Positions 40,401 through 48,079 of a stretch of DNA of 64,000 nucleotides are shown here, piece by piece. Source of the DNA: Candidatus Micrarchaeota archaeon (lineage in GTDB: Archaea > Micrarchaeota > Micrarchaeia > Anstonellales > JAGGVH01); assembly GCA_020854835.1 (NCBI GenBank), contig JAHKLX010000022.1, forward strand, positions 55,242-119,241, given 5' to 3'. The position numbers and the translations under genes were made by a program. The notes beneath the pieces are model-generated. The model ran no database searches. It saw only the letters and a program-made list of their open reading frames with translations, and was not told the DNA's origin. Positions within the stretch are counted from its first letter, which is position 1, and each line of letters starts with the position of its first letter.

Positions 40401-41188
40401 CAACAGGTCATGCTTTAGCTTCGTTTGGAACTTTCAAAGCTTCAATGCCTTTTGTTTTTGATGTTTTTAAACAAGAATTCGAAAAAACAAATTTAGAGAT
40501 GTTATACTCGCCAGATCAAGTTTTATTGTTTAATGCTTCATTTATGGCAGATTCTGAAACAGAACAGCTGATAAGATCAGCAGGGGTAAGTGCAGGAGTA
40601 TTAAGTGAAACAGATGAACTAGTTCTCGGGGGAACTGCCATTATGCAGTCAGGCGATAACAAATATTTTTTAGGTGCGGGAGTTATGCCGGGCATGGCAG
40701 GAATCACTGGAGGAATACTAACTCCTGAAGAGCTTCTTAATGGAACTTTAATAGCATTTGTTCAAGGTGCGTGGGGAATCAACGAAAACGATGCGGCTAA
40801 AATAGCTGCTGTGCTTGCAGACAGAATGAACAAAGGAGAAATATATTTGGGCGTACAATATGATAGAAATGTTGGAAGCCCAGTTATTAGATTATTATCT
40901 CCCGACACCATGCCTGAATACGAAAGACAGGGTGCCCTCATAGGAACAAAAATCTACACTTTGGTCGGCGAGGGGAAAAAAAGAGGTTTACTATCAGTTG
41001 ATTTGCGCACAGAATATTCAAGAGAATTAAAACCTGAAGATATAATTTCAATAATGAGCAGACTCAGGGTTGATTATCAAAGAACCAATTTAAGTGGATA
41101 TGGCGAAATTAATTACGAGTGGAAAAGGACTGGAGCGGATTGGGATAAGTCGTGGGGAATTAGTTTCGGTGTGACTTATTGGTTTTAA
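37454..41188 (+). CDS. Large secreted orphan protein (1,244 aa)
   Basis: Signal-peptide-like N-terminus (KKIKPKNRQLSTLGLAGAVFFSAFQSTIAQV). Uninterrupted 3.7-kb ORF. C-terminus is ...WGISFGVTYWF. Confidence 0.65.
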   Translation: MHSIKPKKIKPKNRQLSTLGLAGAVFFSAFQSTIAQVHDPGGEYVQNESTQQKEYKLSQAHFTTEGEEMVRYENKSEQSVSNEMPKAIEDLFKKQKLMSGKLDEFKSHFSRVAGEDYNKALFAAKYVLLTGDTNTWNEITSETTIRDIQIKIKEVYLTNNLQHMFIENGFKDILPSIESLNSVPVSIINAEKYNEGLEFGIKFAHIMQYFMISGSYDELNYIISNLEQCAMYLNDSNYSKGFYDASKGVNKKYTRAAIDRIINFAKNTREFIFDLDAYSSLMNNPNYVFSADEKEVFLGRMRNYETSYGSAAFLFILERHYGLKNGETTGIDLLDNMITRMYGSVSDPRKTLDNYFSSGSKTNLDFTNTYDSAVTKARSSVSNFIDKKMKRTLDYQSTFSSVDIFAQYYLFCQKDKDGNTLYDDMIGRFGEHTTSIMQDLSILNTLSVTGQQAFLTDVFDPLSKVFPYFIYEVLQTMSGYDSQINGLSFPFKDETNRSLTVRNFYLNIPNAINTAGKNIIRNVMEDMYQGGMIDAYGQERDIETINSVSDEILRRIIELPSVSYADINIPFFPDIYETTRSSASPFLSLAQLFSPFGNEMISEVRERTDVMVNYMPNLIVLLEAIDYLVPVHPPIIEVTRRVTEGQASGSASGNREETFSRYAEGSVGQELAGPMGTRRKWALTANTNDEYTFEGTTRGDDWSGLMNSLYLDQAYLGVAWEGIEGTKSQGTMTDLDVWLKAYRPSSDTQDKVEFYEVCKYNKESNVWELYSFANTGDYGGKLYFIGKREFDFEETQNGYVRTWLGGIIDIKDVHNFENNENGFVFSALIPKSSLGAGGVVAKDETWGAATTISGEESEIIFRFSHLKNFEEAAATFIKNEKTLVEIATRFEGESGLAGRYVIKRDWGYSQGMTNLQIERIKERGGVGAEAYIEDINLYFIENINLYLNAGRIWGYQETWNSIGKFSWSKGFLQGSVTSESESATGHALASFGTFKASMPFVFDVFKQEFEKTNLEMLYSPDQVLLFNASFMADSETEQLIRSAGVSAGVLSETDELVLGGTAIMQSGDNKYFLGAGVMPGMAGITGGILTPEELLNGTLIAFVQGAWGINENDAAKIAAVLADRMNKGEIYLGVQYDRNVGSPVIRLLSPDTMPEYERQGALIGTKIYTLVGEGKKRGLLSVDLRTEYSRELKPEDIISIMSRLRVDYQRTNLSGYGEINYEWKRTGADWDKSWGISFGVTYWF

Positions 41189-41288
41189 AGTAAGCCAGTA
41201 AACTGACAAAATAAAAACCTATATAAACATTGTGATTTATTAAATAAAACTTATATTCTTAAATAATGAATCATTTGAGGTGAATAAA

Positions 41289-43010
41289 ATGGAAAATAAG
41301 TATTATGTTCTTGGTTTAGTTTTAGTGATTGCACTCGTATTTGTTTTGGCAATTATTTTTATGGGTCCAGGATCTGGAAGCCCAAACAACAACTCCACAG
41401 TTATGGGCGATTCAAATTCTAAAACATTTGTAATGTTTGTTGATCCAAGAGATACAGCTTCTTCTCAAGTAGTTTTTAGATTAGAAGAGATTACAGATGC
41501 ACAAATAGAAACAAGATGTATTGATATGTATGAGTTTTATTATGGCCAACCTAGCGAGGCAAAAGATATTTGTTTGCAGGTAAATCCAACTTATGAAGAA
41601 GATTTAGAAATGATGGTGACATTTGCAATGAATAATCAGGTTTCTTCATTGTATTATTATGATGGGGAGTATAAACCTATAGAAATGAGTGCCAATCCTG
41701 CAGTAATAGCGGGAAAAATGTGCGAACACACAGGTTGTAAGGCTCCAGAACTTGAAAAAATCAAAGCTAAAGTTTATTATGCAAACGAATTGGAAGATAA
41801 AGAGTTTATTGAACAAACATTAAGCATGTTGGCACCTATTGGATTAGATTTTGAATATGAATATGTACCTATAACCCAACAAGAAAAACAAATTTTCAAC
41901 GAGGATTATAATCTACAATATGCGCCAGTTATTATATTTGAAAAAGCTTCCATGAGTAAGGACAATGCAATTGCTTTTTCATCACTTTCTCCACAATTAA
42001 CCAATCCTTCTGTTGCCGAACAACAAATTGGATGGTATTTTTATGATTTAACTGATTCTTATATTGCCGAACCTGTTTATTTAATAAGCAATGATCATCT
42101 TTTGTTAAAATTAATTGAAATGAAAGGAAATATATATGTTCAATCAACAGGTCAAGAGCAGTATTTCACAGTACTCGAGAGTGTCGGAGTAGATCTTGAT
42201 TATGAAATTATTGAATACAATGAATCAATAGATATAAATGTTGATTATCTCCCTGCTTTAGTTATTACTGATATTGAAGAAGAGGATATACCTTTAATTT
42301 CAAAAAGAACAGAGGGGTATTATTCTTATTCTGAAGATGAGGAGAATGGACTGGTGTTTGAATTATCAAAACCAGATCTAAAAAATTATATAGGTGAGGG
42401 ACAAGATAAAGCTGTTTTAGACATATATATAATGTCACAATGTCCTTATGGTTTGCAAATGCAAAAAGCAGTTATACCTGTCGCAAAACTTTTCAAAGAC
42501 ACTCCCAATGTTGAAATAAATAACAAGTTTGTACATTATGTAATGCATGGCCAAAGCGAAACCAATGATAATCTTTATCAATATTGTGTTGATAAAGAAT
42601 ATCCTGATAAATTATGGGATTATATTGAATGCTACTCAGAAGCAAAAGGAAAAGAAGTATCATGTCTAGAAACTATAGGTGCAGACAGAGATGTTGTTGA
42701 TGAGTGTGTTGAAAAAACAATTTCTGAATATGATGTAGTATCTTTGATGCCATCTGGATTGCCTGTTTTCAACACTCATCTAAATGAAACAACTAAATAT
42801 GGTATAACTGGCTCGCCAGGATCCGTGTTTAATGGAATAACCGTAAACATGCCAAGAAATGCAGAGGATATAAAAACTATTATCTGTTTGCATTTAAAGG
42901 ATAAACCTGCTGAATGCGACACAGATTTAAGTTCTTATGGTTCTGCAGGTGTGAGTTATGGGCCACTTATTGGAACAACTTTGGCAGCCACAGATGCAAC
43001 CTGTGGTTAA
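41289..43010 (+). CDS. Membrane-anchored/secreted protein with a possible thioredoxin-fold (GILT/DsbA-like) C-terminal domain
   Basis: N-terminal TM YYVLGLVLVIALVFVLAIIF. The C-terminal third carries SQCPYG followed by HGQSETNDNLYQYC and several further cysteines. ATG 41289 lies 5 nt after GAGGTGA (the track start at 41280 is a GTG in the SD). Confidence 0.5.
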   Translation: MENKYYVLGLVLVIALVFVLAIIFMGPGSGSPNNNSTVMGDSNSKTFVMFVDPRDTASSQVVFRLEEITDAQIETRCIDMYEFYYGQPSEAKDICLQVNPTYEEDLEMMVTFAMNNQVSSLYYYDGEYKPIEMSANPAVIAGKMCEHTGCKAPELEKIKAKVYYANELEDKEFIEQTLSMLAPIGLDFEYEYVPITQQEKQIFNEDYNLQYAPVIIFEKASMSKDNAIAFSSLSPQLTNPSVAEQQIGWYFYDLTDSYIAEPVYLISNDHLLLKLIEMKGNIYVQSTGQEQYFTVLESVGVDLDYEIIEYNESIDINVDYLPALVITDIEEEDIPLISKRTEGYYSYSEDEENGLVFELSKPDLKNYIGEGQDKAVLDIYIMSQCPYGLQMQKAVIPVAKLFKDTPNVEINNKFVHYVMHGQSETNDNLYQYCVDKEYPDKLWDYIECYSEAKGKEVSCLETIGADRDVVDECVEKTISEYDVVSLMPSGLPVFNTHLNETTKYGITGSPGSVFNGITVNMPRNAEDIKTIICLHLKDKPAECDTDLSSYGSAGVSYGPLIGTTLAATDATCG

Positions 43011-43067
43011 TTTTTTCTTTTTTATTTTAACGATATCTTTTTAAATCCATTTTCTGTATTATCTCTC

Positions 43068-43793
43068 ATGAGAATTATTGCATTTAAAGCATTAGGCGAT
43101 GCGTTGAAAGTAGCAGTTAATTTTCCTTTGGAAACATTAAAAGCTGCGTTTTTGTTTTTTTTAGCAGTTAGTTTGCTGATATCTGCAGGATTAACACCTG
43201 CTTTAGTTGTATTTTATGCTATCACAGCAATTAATATGTGGACAAGTATAACGAGCTTTATTCTTGTTAGTATGTTGTTGATTAGTTATGTTGTTGTTTG
43301 GTTTTTCATATCCTCTTATACGGCGGCATTTGTCAAAACACTTTTTGATTTGTTTAAAGAAAGAAAAAGACCTTCTTTGTTCACTTATATTCAGTTGGGA
43401 TTGAAATACGGAAGAACTTACTTTGCTTATGCAGTTATAAAAAATTTTATTTTATTGGTGATTTTAATACCCTTGTTGGGGATCACATATTATTTTAATG
43501 TTTTAAATTATCTGCCGTTAATATTCCTGCCCATATTTGTGCTTTTCTGGTTTTTAACAATGTTTGTGCCTATTTCAATTGTTGTAGATGAAGCACATTC
43601 TTTAACTGCGATCAAAAAAGGAATCAAATTTATATTCAAAAAACCTTTAGATTCTATCATTATATTTACAATGATAACAATACCTTTTGTTTTACTATTT
43701 CTTGTGCCCATAATAGGCAACATATTACAAATGCTAATTATTTTACCACTATCTTGGTTGGCATTGCTTTTAACATACTATTATGGTAGGTAA
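43068..43793 (+). CDS. Hypothetical polytopic membrane protein
   Basis: Six or more hydrophobic helices. TATA-like box about 27 nt upstream. Confidence 0.5.
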   Translation: MRIIAFKALGDALKVAVNFPLETLKAAFLFFLAVSLLISAGLTPALVVFYAITAINMWTSITSFILVSMLLISYVVVWFFISSYTAAFVKTLFDLFKERKRPSLFTYIQLGLKYGRTYFAYAVIKNFILLVILIPLLGITYYFNVLNYLPLIFLPIFVLFWFLTMFVPISIVVDEAHSLTAIKKGIKFIFKKPLDSIIIFTMITIPFVLLFLVPIIGNILQMLIILPLSWLALLLTYYYGR

Positions 43794-44301
43794 AATGATT
43801 AAATCTCTGGAATTTTTTATTGCAGATTTAAACATACCTATATTCCATGAATTAAGTATATTTTTAGATCATCCTTTAGGTTTGCTTATAGTCACTTCTT
43901 TATTAATCTTCTCAATGACTGTTTTATTCAAACAAAAACGTACAGTCATGCCCATAGTGTTAATGTCTCTTTTATTGACATCAATTTTTACAGTCGGTGC
44001 AAAATTTGTCTATCTCGACGAAAGGCCATGTATAAGCGAAAAAGTTGAATGCACAGAATCATATTCTTTTCCAAGTGCCCATTCTGCAATAGGTTTTTCC
44101 TTGCTTCTCCCAAGTTTAGGAACGCCTGCGTTTTGGTTTTATTTGATATATGCATTAATTCTGGCTTTTTCAAGATTGTATCTTGGTGTGCATACAATAT
44201 TAGATGTTGCAGGTGCTTTAGGAGTTGCAATAATCGCATACACAATTTCAAAGTTCGTTATATTGAAAATAGAGATGGTGGCCCATGAGATCAGAATTTG
44301 A
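43783..44301 (+). CDS. PAP2-family phosphatase (polyprenyl-diphosphate / lipid phosphate phosphatase)
   Basis: The three PAP2 motifs are present: KFVYLDERP, SFPSAHS and SRLYLGVHTILDV. Confidence 0.8.
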   Translation: MVGKMIKSLEFFIADLNIPIFHELSIFLDHPLGLLIVTSLLIFSMTVLFKQKRTVMPIVLMSLLLTSIFTVGAKFVYLDERPCISEKVECTESYSFPSAHSAIGFSLLLPSLGTPAFWFYLIYALILAFSRLYLGVHTILDVAGALGVAIIAYTISKFVILKIEMVAHEIRI

Positions 44302-44845
44302 AAGGCAAGTTTTCCACATATTCTTAGGTTTTGTATTTATTTTAATGCATTTATTTTTGAAAAGAGAAATTTTTTCAATTATTATGGCGTTTATAATAAT
44401 GGGGGGATTGATTACAATCCAAATAAAAATGTGCTATAAAATAAAAATACCGTACATTGATTTTTTCTTAAGAATGTTTGAGCGCCCGAGAGTAGCACCG
44501 GGGTTAGGAAGTTTATGGTATTGTGCAGGAGTTTTTGTAACTGGTTTATTATTTTATTCTTTCAATAAGTTTTTTGCAGTGGTTTTGATGTTGGCAGTTG
44601 GCGATGGTTTGGCAACTATTTTTGGAATACATGGAAAGCACAAACTTCCATGGAACAAAAGAAAAACATTTGAAGGTTCTTTTGCTTTTTTTGCAGGTAG
44701 TTTGACTGCATTAATTGTTTATCCCTTCCCGATTACGTTTTTTGTTATTATAGTGAGCACAGTTATTGAATCTATTGATTTTAAATTAGATGATAATGCA
44801 TTGATACCTCTGGCGGCAGGAGCGCTTTATTTTTTATTTAAATAA
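44285..44845 (+). CDS. Dolichol/polyprenol kinase-like (CTP-dependent, CDS family) membrane protein
   Basis: GDGLATIFGIHGKHKLPWNKRKTFEGSFAFFAGS matches the dolichol/phytol kinase signature region. Overlaps the PAP2 gene by 17 nt. Confidence 0.65.
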   Translation: MRSEFERQVFHIFLGFVFILMHLFLKREIFSIIMAFIIMGGLITIQIKMCYKIKIPYIDFFLRMFERPRVAPGLGSLWYCAGVFVTGLLFYSFNKFFAVVLMLAVGDGLATIFGIHGKHKLPWNKRKTFEGSFAFFAGSLTALIVYPFPITFFVIIVSTVIESIDFKLDDNALIPLAAGALYFLFK

Positions 44846-45150
44846 CCAAATTTCCTTTCAGAACCGCAGTTTAAACACCTATAAATAATTCTTTTGTTTG
44901 AATGATTTTGAATTATTTTTACAGTGTTTCCAGGAATCCAAAAAGTATGGCATTTCTTGCAGAATTTAATTTTTTGCTGTTTTGAAAGTCTCAGATTGAC
45001 TGTTTTTCTTATTTTATCTATCATTAAACAATATTTTTTTGAATACAAAGAATTAGTTTTAGAATAAAAATCGGCTAAGTAAAATAGCCTATTTATTCTT
45101 TCTTTTGCAATTTCCTGTTTTAATTTTTTAGAATTTTTTACTGTTCGCAT
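44827..45150 (-). CDS. rnp4: RNase P protein component 4 (Rpp21/Rpr2 family)
   Basis: AKERINRLFYLA helix, then the zinc ribbon FCKKCHTFWIPG...YRCLNCG. Confidence 0.85.
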   Translation of the reverse strand: MRTVKNSKKLKQEIAKERINRLFYLADFYSKTNSLYSKKYCLMIDKIRKTVNLRLSKQQKIKFCKKCHTFWIPGNTVKIIQNHSNKRIIYRCLNCGSERKFGYLNKK

Positions 45151-45371
45151 TTACATACCGCAATACCATTGTTTTGGTTTACTTCACAATGCCAAAGATT
45201 GCATGTTTCTGTTTGTCCAACATAAAAATCTTCTGCAACTTGTTCGTCAGGAACAAATGCCGCAGCTCTTGTGTTTGAGTTAAGTGATCCACTTGATCCG
45301 CCGTATGCTACTACTCCTATTAGCACAATGACAACAAGTGCAAAAAATATTCCCAATTCTTTTCTATTCAT
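45138..45371 (-). CDS. Small secreted or membrane-anchored cysteine-containing protein
   Basis: ATG 45371 lies 6 nt after an AGAGGTG SD. N-terminal hydrophobic segment IFFALVVIVLIGVVA. Four Cys near the C-terminus. Overlaps the rnp4 start. Confidence 0.45.
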   Translation of the reverse strand: MNRKELGIFFALVVIVLIGVVAYGGSSGSLNSNTRAAAFVPDEQVAEDFYVGQTETCNLWHCEVNQNNGIAVCKCEQ

Positions 45372-45392
45372 TCTGCACACCTCTTTATTGGA

Positions 45393-45503
45393 TGGGCCAG
45401 GCCGGACTTGAACCGGCGACCTACGGTTTGCTCAGACATGAGAAACTTGCGCCAGAACGGGTCATATAAGACCGTCGCTCTAACCAGACTGAGCTACTGG
45501 CCC
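45393..45503 (-). tRNA. Intron-containing tRNA, most likely tRNA-Ile(UAU) with a 36-nt intron at the canonical 37/38 position
   Basis: The reverse complement reads GGGCCAG-TA-GCTC-AGTCTGGTTA-GAGC-G-ACGGT-CTTATA[36 nt]A-ACCGT-AGGTC-GCCGG-TTCAAGT-CCGGC-CTGGCCC-A. All four stems pair perfectly. The T-loop is TTCAAGT. CCA is not encoded. Confidence 0.85.
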
Positions 45504-45528
45504 CCAATTAATGTTAGTATATAGATGA

Positions 45529-45540
45529 AAGTTTTTAAAG
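45529..45540 (-). promoter_or_regulatory. TATA-like box for the tRNA gene
   Basis: On the minus strand, CTTTAAAAAC lies about 28-37 nt upstream of tRNA position 1. Confidence 0.45.
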
Positions 45541-45571
45541 CTTTACACAATCTAAACTATAAGGTGAATAA

Positions 45572-46069
45572 ATGGGATGCGATAAGTTTATGTATTATTT
45601 AAATGTGTTGGTATTTATTTTATTATTAGTTTTATCTATATTATTTATAATTAATAGTCAAAATCTGGAGGCCATACTTTTTCTTATCATCAGTTACTTT
45701 ATTATACCTAGTTCAGAACCTTATGATTCTTTAGTTAAAGGTAAAAAAATTATTTTGAAAAAGAAGTTTAGAAAACATGAATTTCAAATTTCTGATGTTA
45801 ATTTGAGATTATATTATAAAAATCCCCAATTTCCATATTTATCACAAGCTGTTTTAACATTTAAAAATGAGGAATATATGTTGGCGAACAATAAAGTTTG
45901 CTGGAATTGGTGTGTTAATAATTTTCTGAAAGATTATGTTGAAAAAGGAGGAAAAGCAGAGCTATTTATAGATGATAAATTAACAAAACTGACAAATAAG
46001 GATTTATCAAAAGGGGAAGAAGGTTTTTTAGAATTGCTTATCAGAGAAGCAAACACAAAACAAAATTGA
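45572..46069 (+). CDS. Hypothetical membrane protein
   Basis: AGGTGA SD. Two N-terminal hydrophobic helices. No family recognised. Confidence 0.45.
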   Translation: MGCDKFMYYLNVLVFILLLVLSILFIINSQNLEAILFLIISYFIIPSSEPYDSLVKGKKIILKKKFRKHEFQISDVNLRLYYKNPQFPYLSQAVLTFKNEEYMLANNKVCWNWCVNNFLKDYVEKGGKAELFIDDKLTKLTNKDLSKGEEGFLELLIREANTKQN

Positions 46070-46071
46070 TT

Positions 46072-46443
46072 TCAATCTTCATTTTCTTCAATAAATCTCT
46101 CAATCTTTTTGTCAATCGTTTCCCAGTATTGCAATTTCAACAGTCCTGAAAGTTGTTTTCTAATCTGGGTGTTACAATATTTAGAAGTACTTCTGCAGAT
46201 ATTTTCCAATTCTTTTGCCAGTCTTTCTCCTTCTTTATCCATATCAGTAAGAATAATTATTTTTTCAGAATCAATTTTTTTAAAGAGATTTTCAATTTGT
46301 TCAAATTTTTTTCCCTGAATGGGAATAATATTTCTACAACCTATATTTTTCAACGCATCCTTGTCTTTTTTTCCTTCAACAACAACATAATTGTTTTTGA
46401 GTTCTAGAATTAGTTTTTCAAACAATTTAAAATTTTTCTCCAT
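46072..46443 (-). CDS. Toprim-domain protein (small primase-like / RNase M5-like, COG1658 type)
   Basis: VVEGKKDKDAL and IIILTDMDKEGERLA, the Toprim E and DxD motifs, in a 123-aa protein. Confidence 0.8.
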   Translation of the reverse strand: MEKNFKLFEKLILELKNNYVVVEGKKDKDALKNIGCRNIIPIQGKKFEQIENLFKKIDSEKIIILTDMDKEGERLAKELENICRSTSKYCNTQIRKQLSGLLKLQYWETIDKKIERFIEENED

Positions 46444-46581
46444 ACTTGTTTTTTATCAGAAAATTTTATAATGATTCTCAAGTTTTTACTTTTAGAAAAG
46501 ATTTATAAATCTTGCCATATTTTAAAAAAGCGTGATGAATTCTTTTCACAATATGGGTTGAATTAATTTTAGGTGATATAT

Positions 46582-48066
46582 ATGGATAGTATGAAATATT
46601 TTGTTTTTGCAGCATTCGTGCTGATGATTTTTGGAATGGGCATTGTTAATGCTAGTCTTGCTTTTGAACAAGGAGTTTGTAAGCAAACAGTTATGGAAAG
46701 TATTATTTTAACTGAGGATATAACTTGTGTGAAAGAAAATTTGGGCCAATTTGATGCTGGTTTAGATGTGGGCGCAGATAATATTGTTATTGATTGTCAA
46801 GGACATACACTAACGGGTCCAGGGGGATTTTCAGATTATTATCCTAGGGGAATTAATAATAATGGTCATAATAATGTAACCATAAAAAACTGTACGATCG
46901 CCGATTTTTATACTAGTATTATGTTTAGTGGTGCAAGCAATAGTACAATTGAGAATAACAATCTCAGTTACAGCACTAATTATGGTTTATATTTCAAGTC
47001 AAGTTCTAATAATAACACTATTGCAAATAACCTTATTAGTTACAATGGTAATAATGCACTAATTTTTACCGGTTGTTCTGAAAATTTGTTAATAAATAAT
47101 ACTGTAAATTACAATTCACAAATAGCGTTCTCATTTACCGAGAGTTCAAATAATAATACCTTCATAGGTAATACTGCCAATTCTAATTATATGTACGGTT
47201 TTTTATTGCGTGACAGCACAAATAATATTCTTATCAATAATATTGCCAATTCAAATGAGTATGAGGGTATCGTAATCTGGGATAGTTCCAATACTACTCT
47301 TGACAACAATACTGCCAATTCCAACTTGGCGCGTGGTATTTACATAACTGGTGTTTCCGATAGCACCATAAACAATTTATATGCCTGCGGTAATGTTGTG
47401 GGGGATTTGTATGATAGTAATGTCCCAAATAGCAATTGGACAAATTCCACTTATAGTACTTCTTCAACCCCCTCAGGCTGTGGAGCAGAAGATGAAGACT
47501 GCAGAGAATATTTTGATCAGATTGCTGAATGTGAAGAAGCACCAGAATGTACAATCCCATCAGACGGAATGTTGATAGATGAAAGTGTAATTTTATGTTC
47601 AGGAACTTATAATTTAGAAAATGGAATAACAATAAACGCAAATGATGTTACTGTAACCTGTGATGAAACTGTTTTGAACGGAACTGGTTCAAATAATGGA
47701 ATTTATCTTGGTTCAAAACAAAGAGTAACTGTGACTGGTTGTACTGTTCAGAATTATAATCATGGCATTTACCTTTCAACTAGTAGTTTTAATACTTTAA
47801 CTAATAACACGGTTTCCAATAATTATAATGGAATCCTTCTTACTGGGGGTACTGTAAATAATCTTATTAACAATACGGTTACATTAAACAATAATCATGG
47901 TATTTATCTTGCTAGTAGTAGTTTTAATACTTTAACTAATAACACAGTTTCCAATAATACTGAAACTGGAATACGCATCGAATCAAGTGGAACGTGTACT
48001 TTGGATAATAATATTGTTACGGACAATAATGACGGTATTAAACTAATGGCTAGTATTAATAGCTAG
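46582..48066 (+). CDS. N-terminal fragment of a modular right-handed beta-helix (PbH1/NosD-like) surface protein; the reading frame is broken at 48064 by a 13-bp duplication
   Basis: Signal/anchor segment MKYFVFAAFVLMIFGMGIVNA, then repeated N-rich motifs of about 22 aa (NNTI.NN....G). ATG 46582 follows AGGTGA. Confidence 0.8.
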   Translation: MDSMKYFVFAAFVLMIFGMGIVNASLAFEQGVCKQTVMESIILTEDITCVKENLGQFDAGLDVGADNIVIDCQGHTLTGPGGFSDYYPRGINNNGHNNVTIKNCTIADFYTSIMFSGASNSTIENNNLSYSTNYGLYFKSSSNNNTIANNLISYNGNNALIFTGCSENLLINNTVNYNSQIAFSFTESSNNNTFIGNTANSNYMYGFLLRDSTNNILINNIANSNEYEGIVIWDSSNTTLDNNTANSNLARGIYITGVSDSTINNLYACGNVVGDLYDSNVPNSNWTNSTYSTSSTPSGCGAEDEDCREYFDQIAECEEAPECTIPSDGMLIDESVILCSGTYNLENGITINANDVTVTCDETVLNGTGSNNGIYLGSKQRVTVTGCTVQNYNHGIYLSTSSFNTLTNNTVSNNYNGILLTGGTVNNLINNTVTLNNNHGIYLASSSFNTLTNNTVSNNTETGIRIESSGTCTLDNNIVTDNNDGIKLMASINS

Positions 48067-48074
48067 TATTAATA
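48049..48074 (+). repeat. Perfect 13-bp tandem duplication (GCTAGTATTAATA x2) causing a +1 frameshift
   Basis: Positions 48049-48061 and 48062-48074 are identical. Deleting one copy joins ...KLMASIN to NNLNNNTVCSNT... in a single frame. Confidence 0.95.
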
Positions 48075-48079
48075 ACAAT

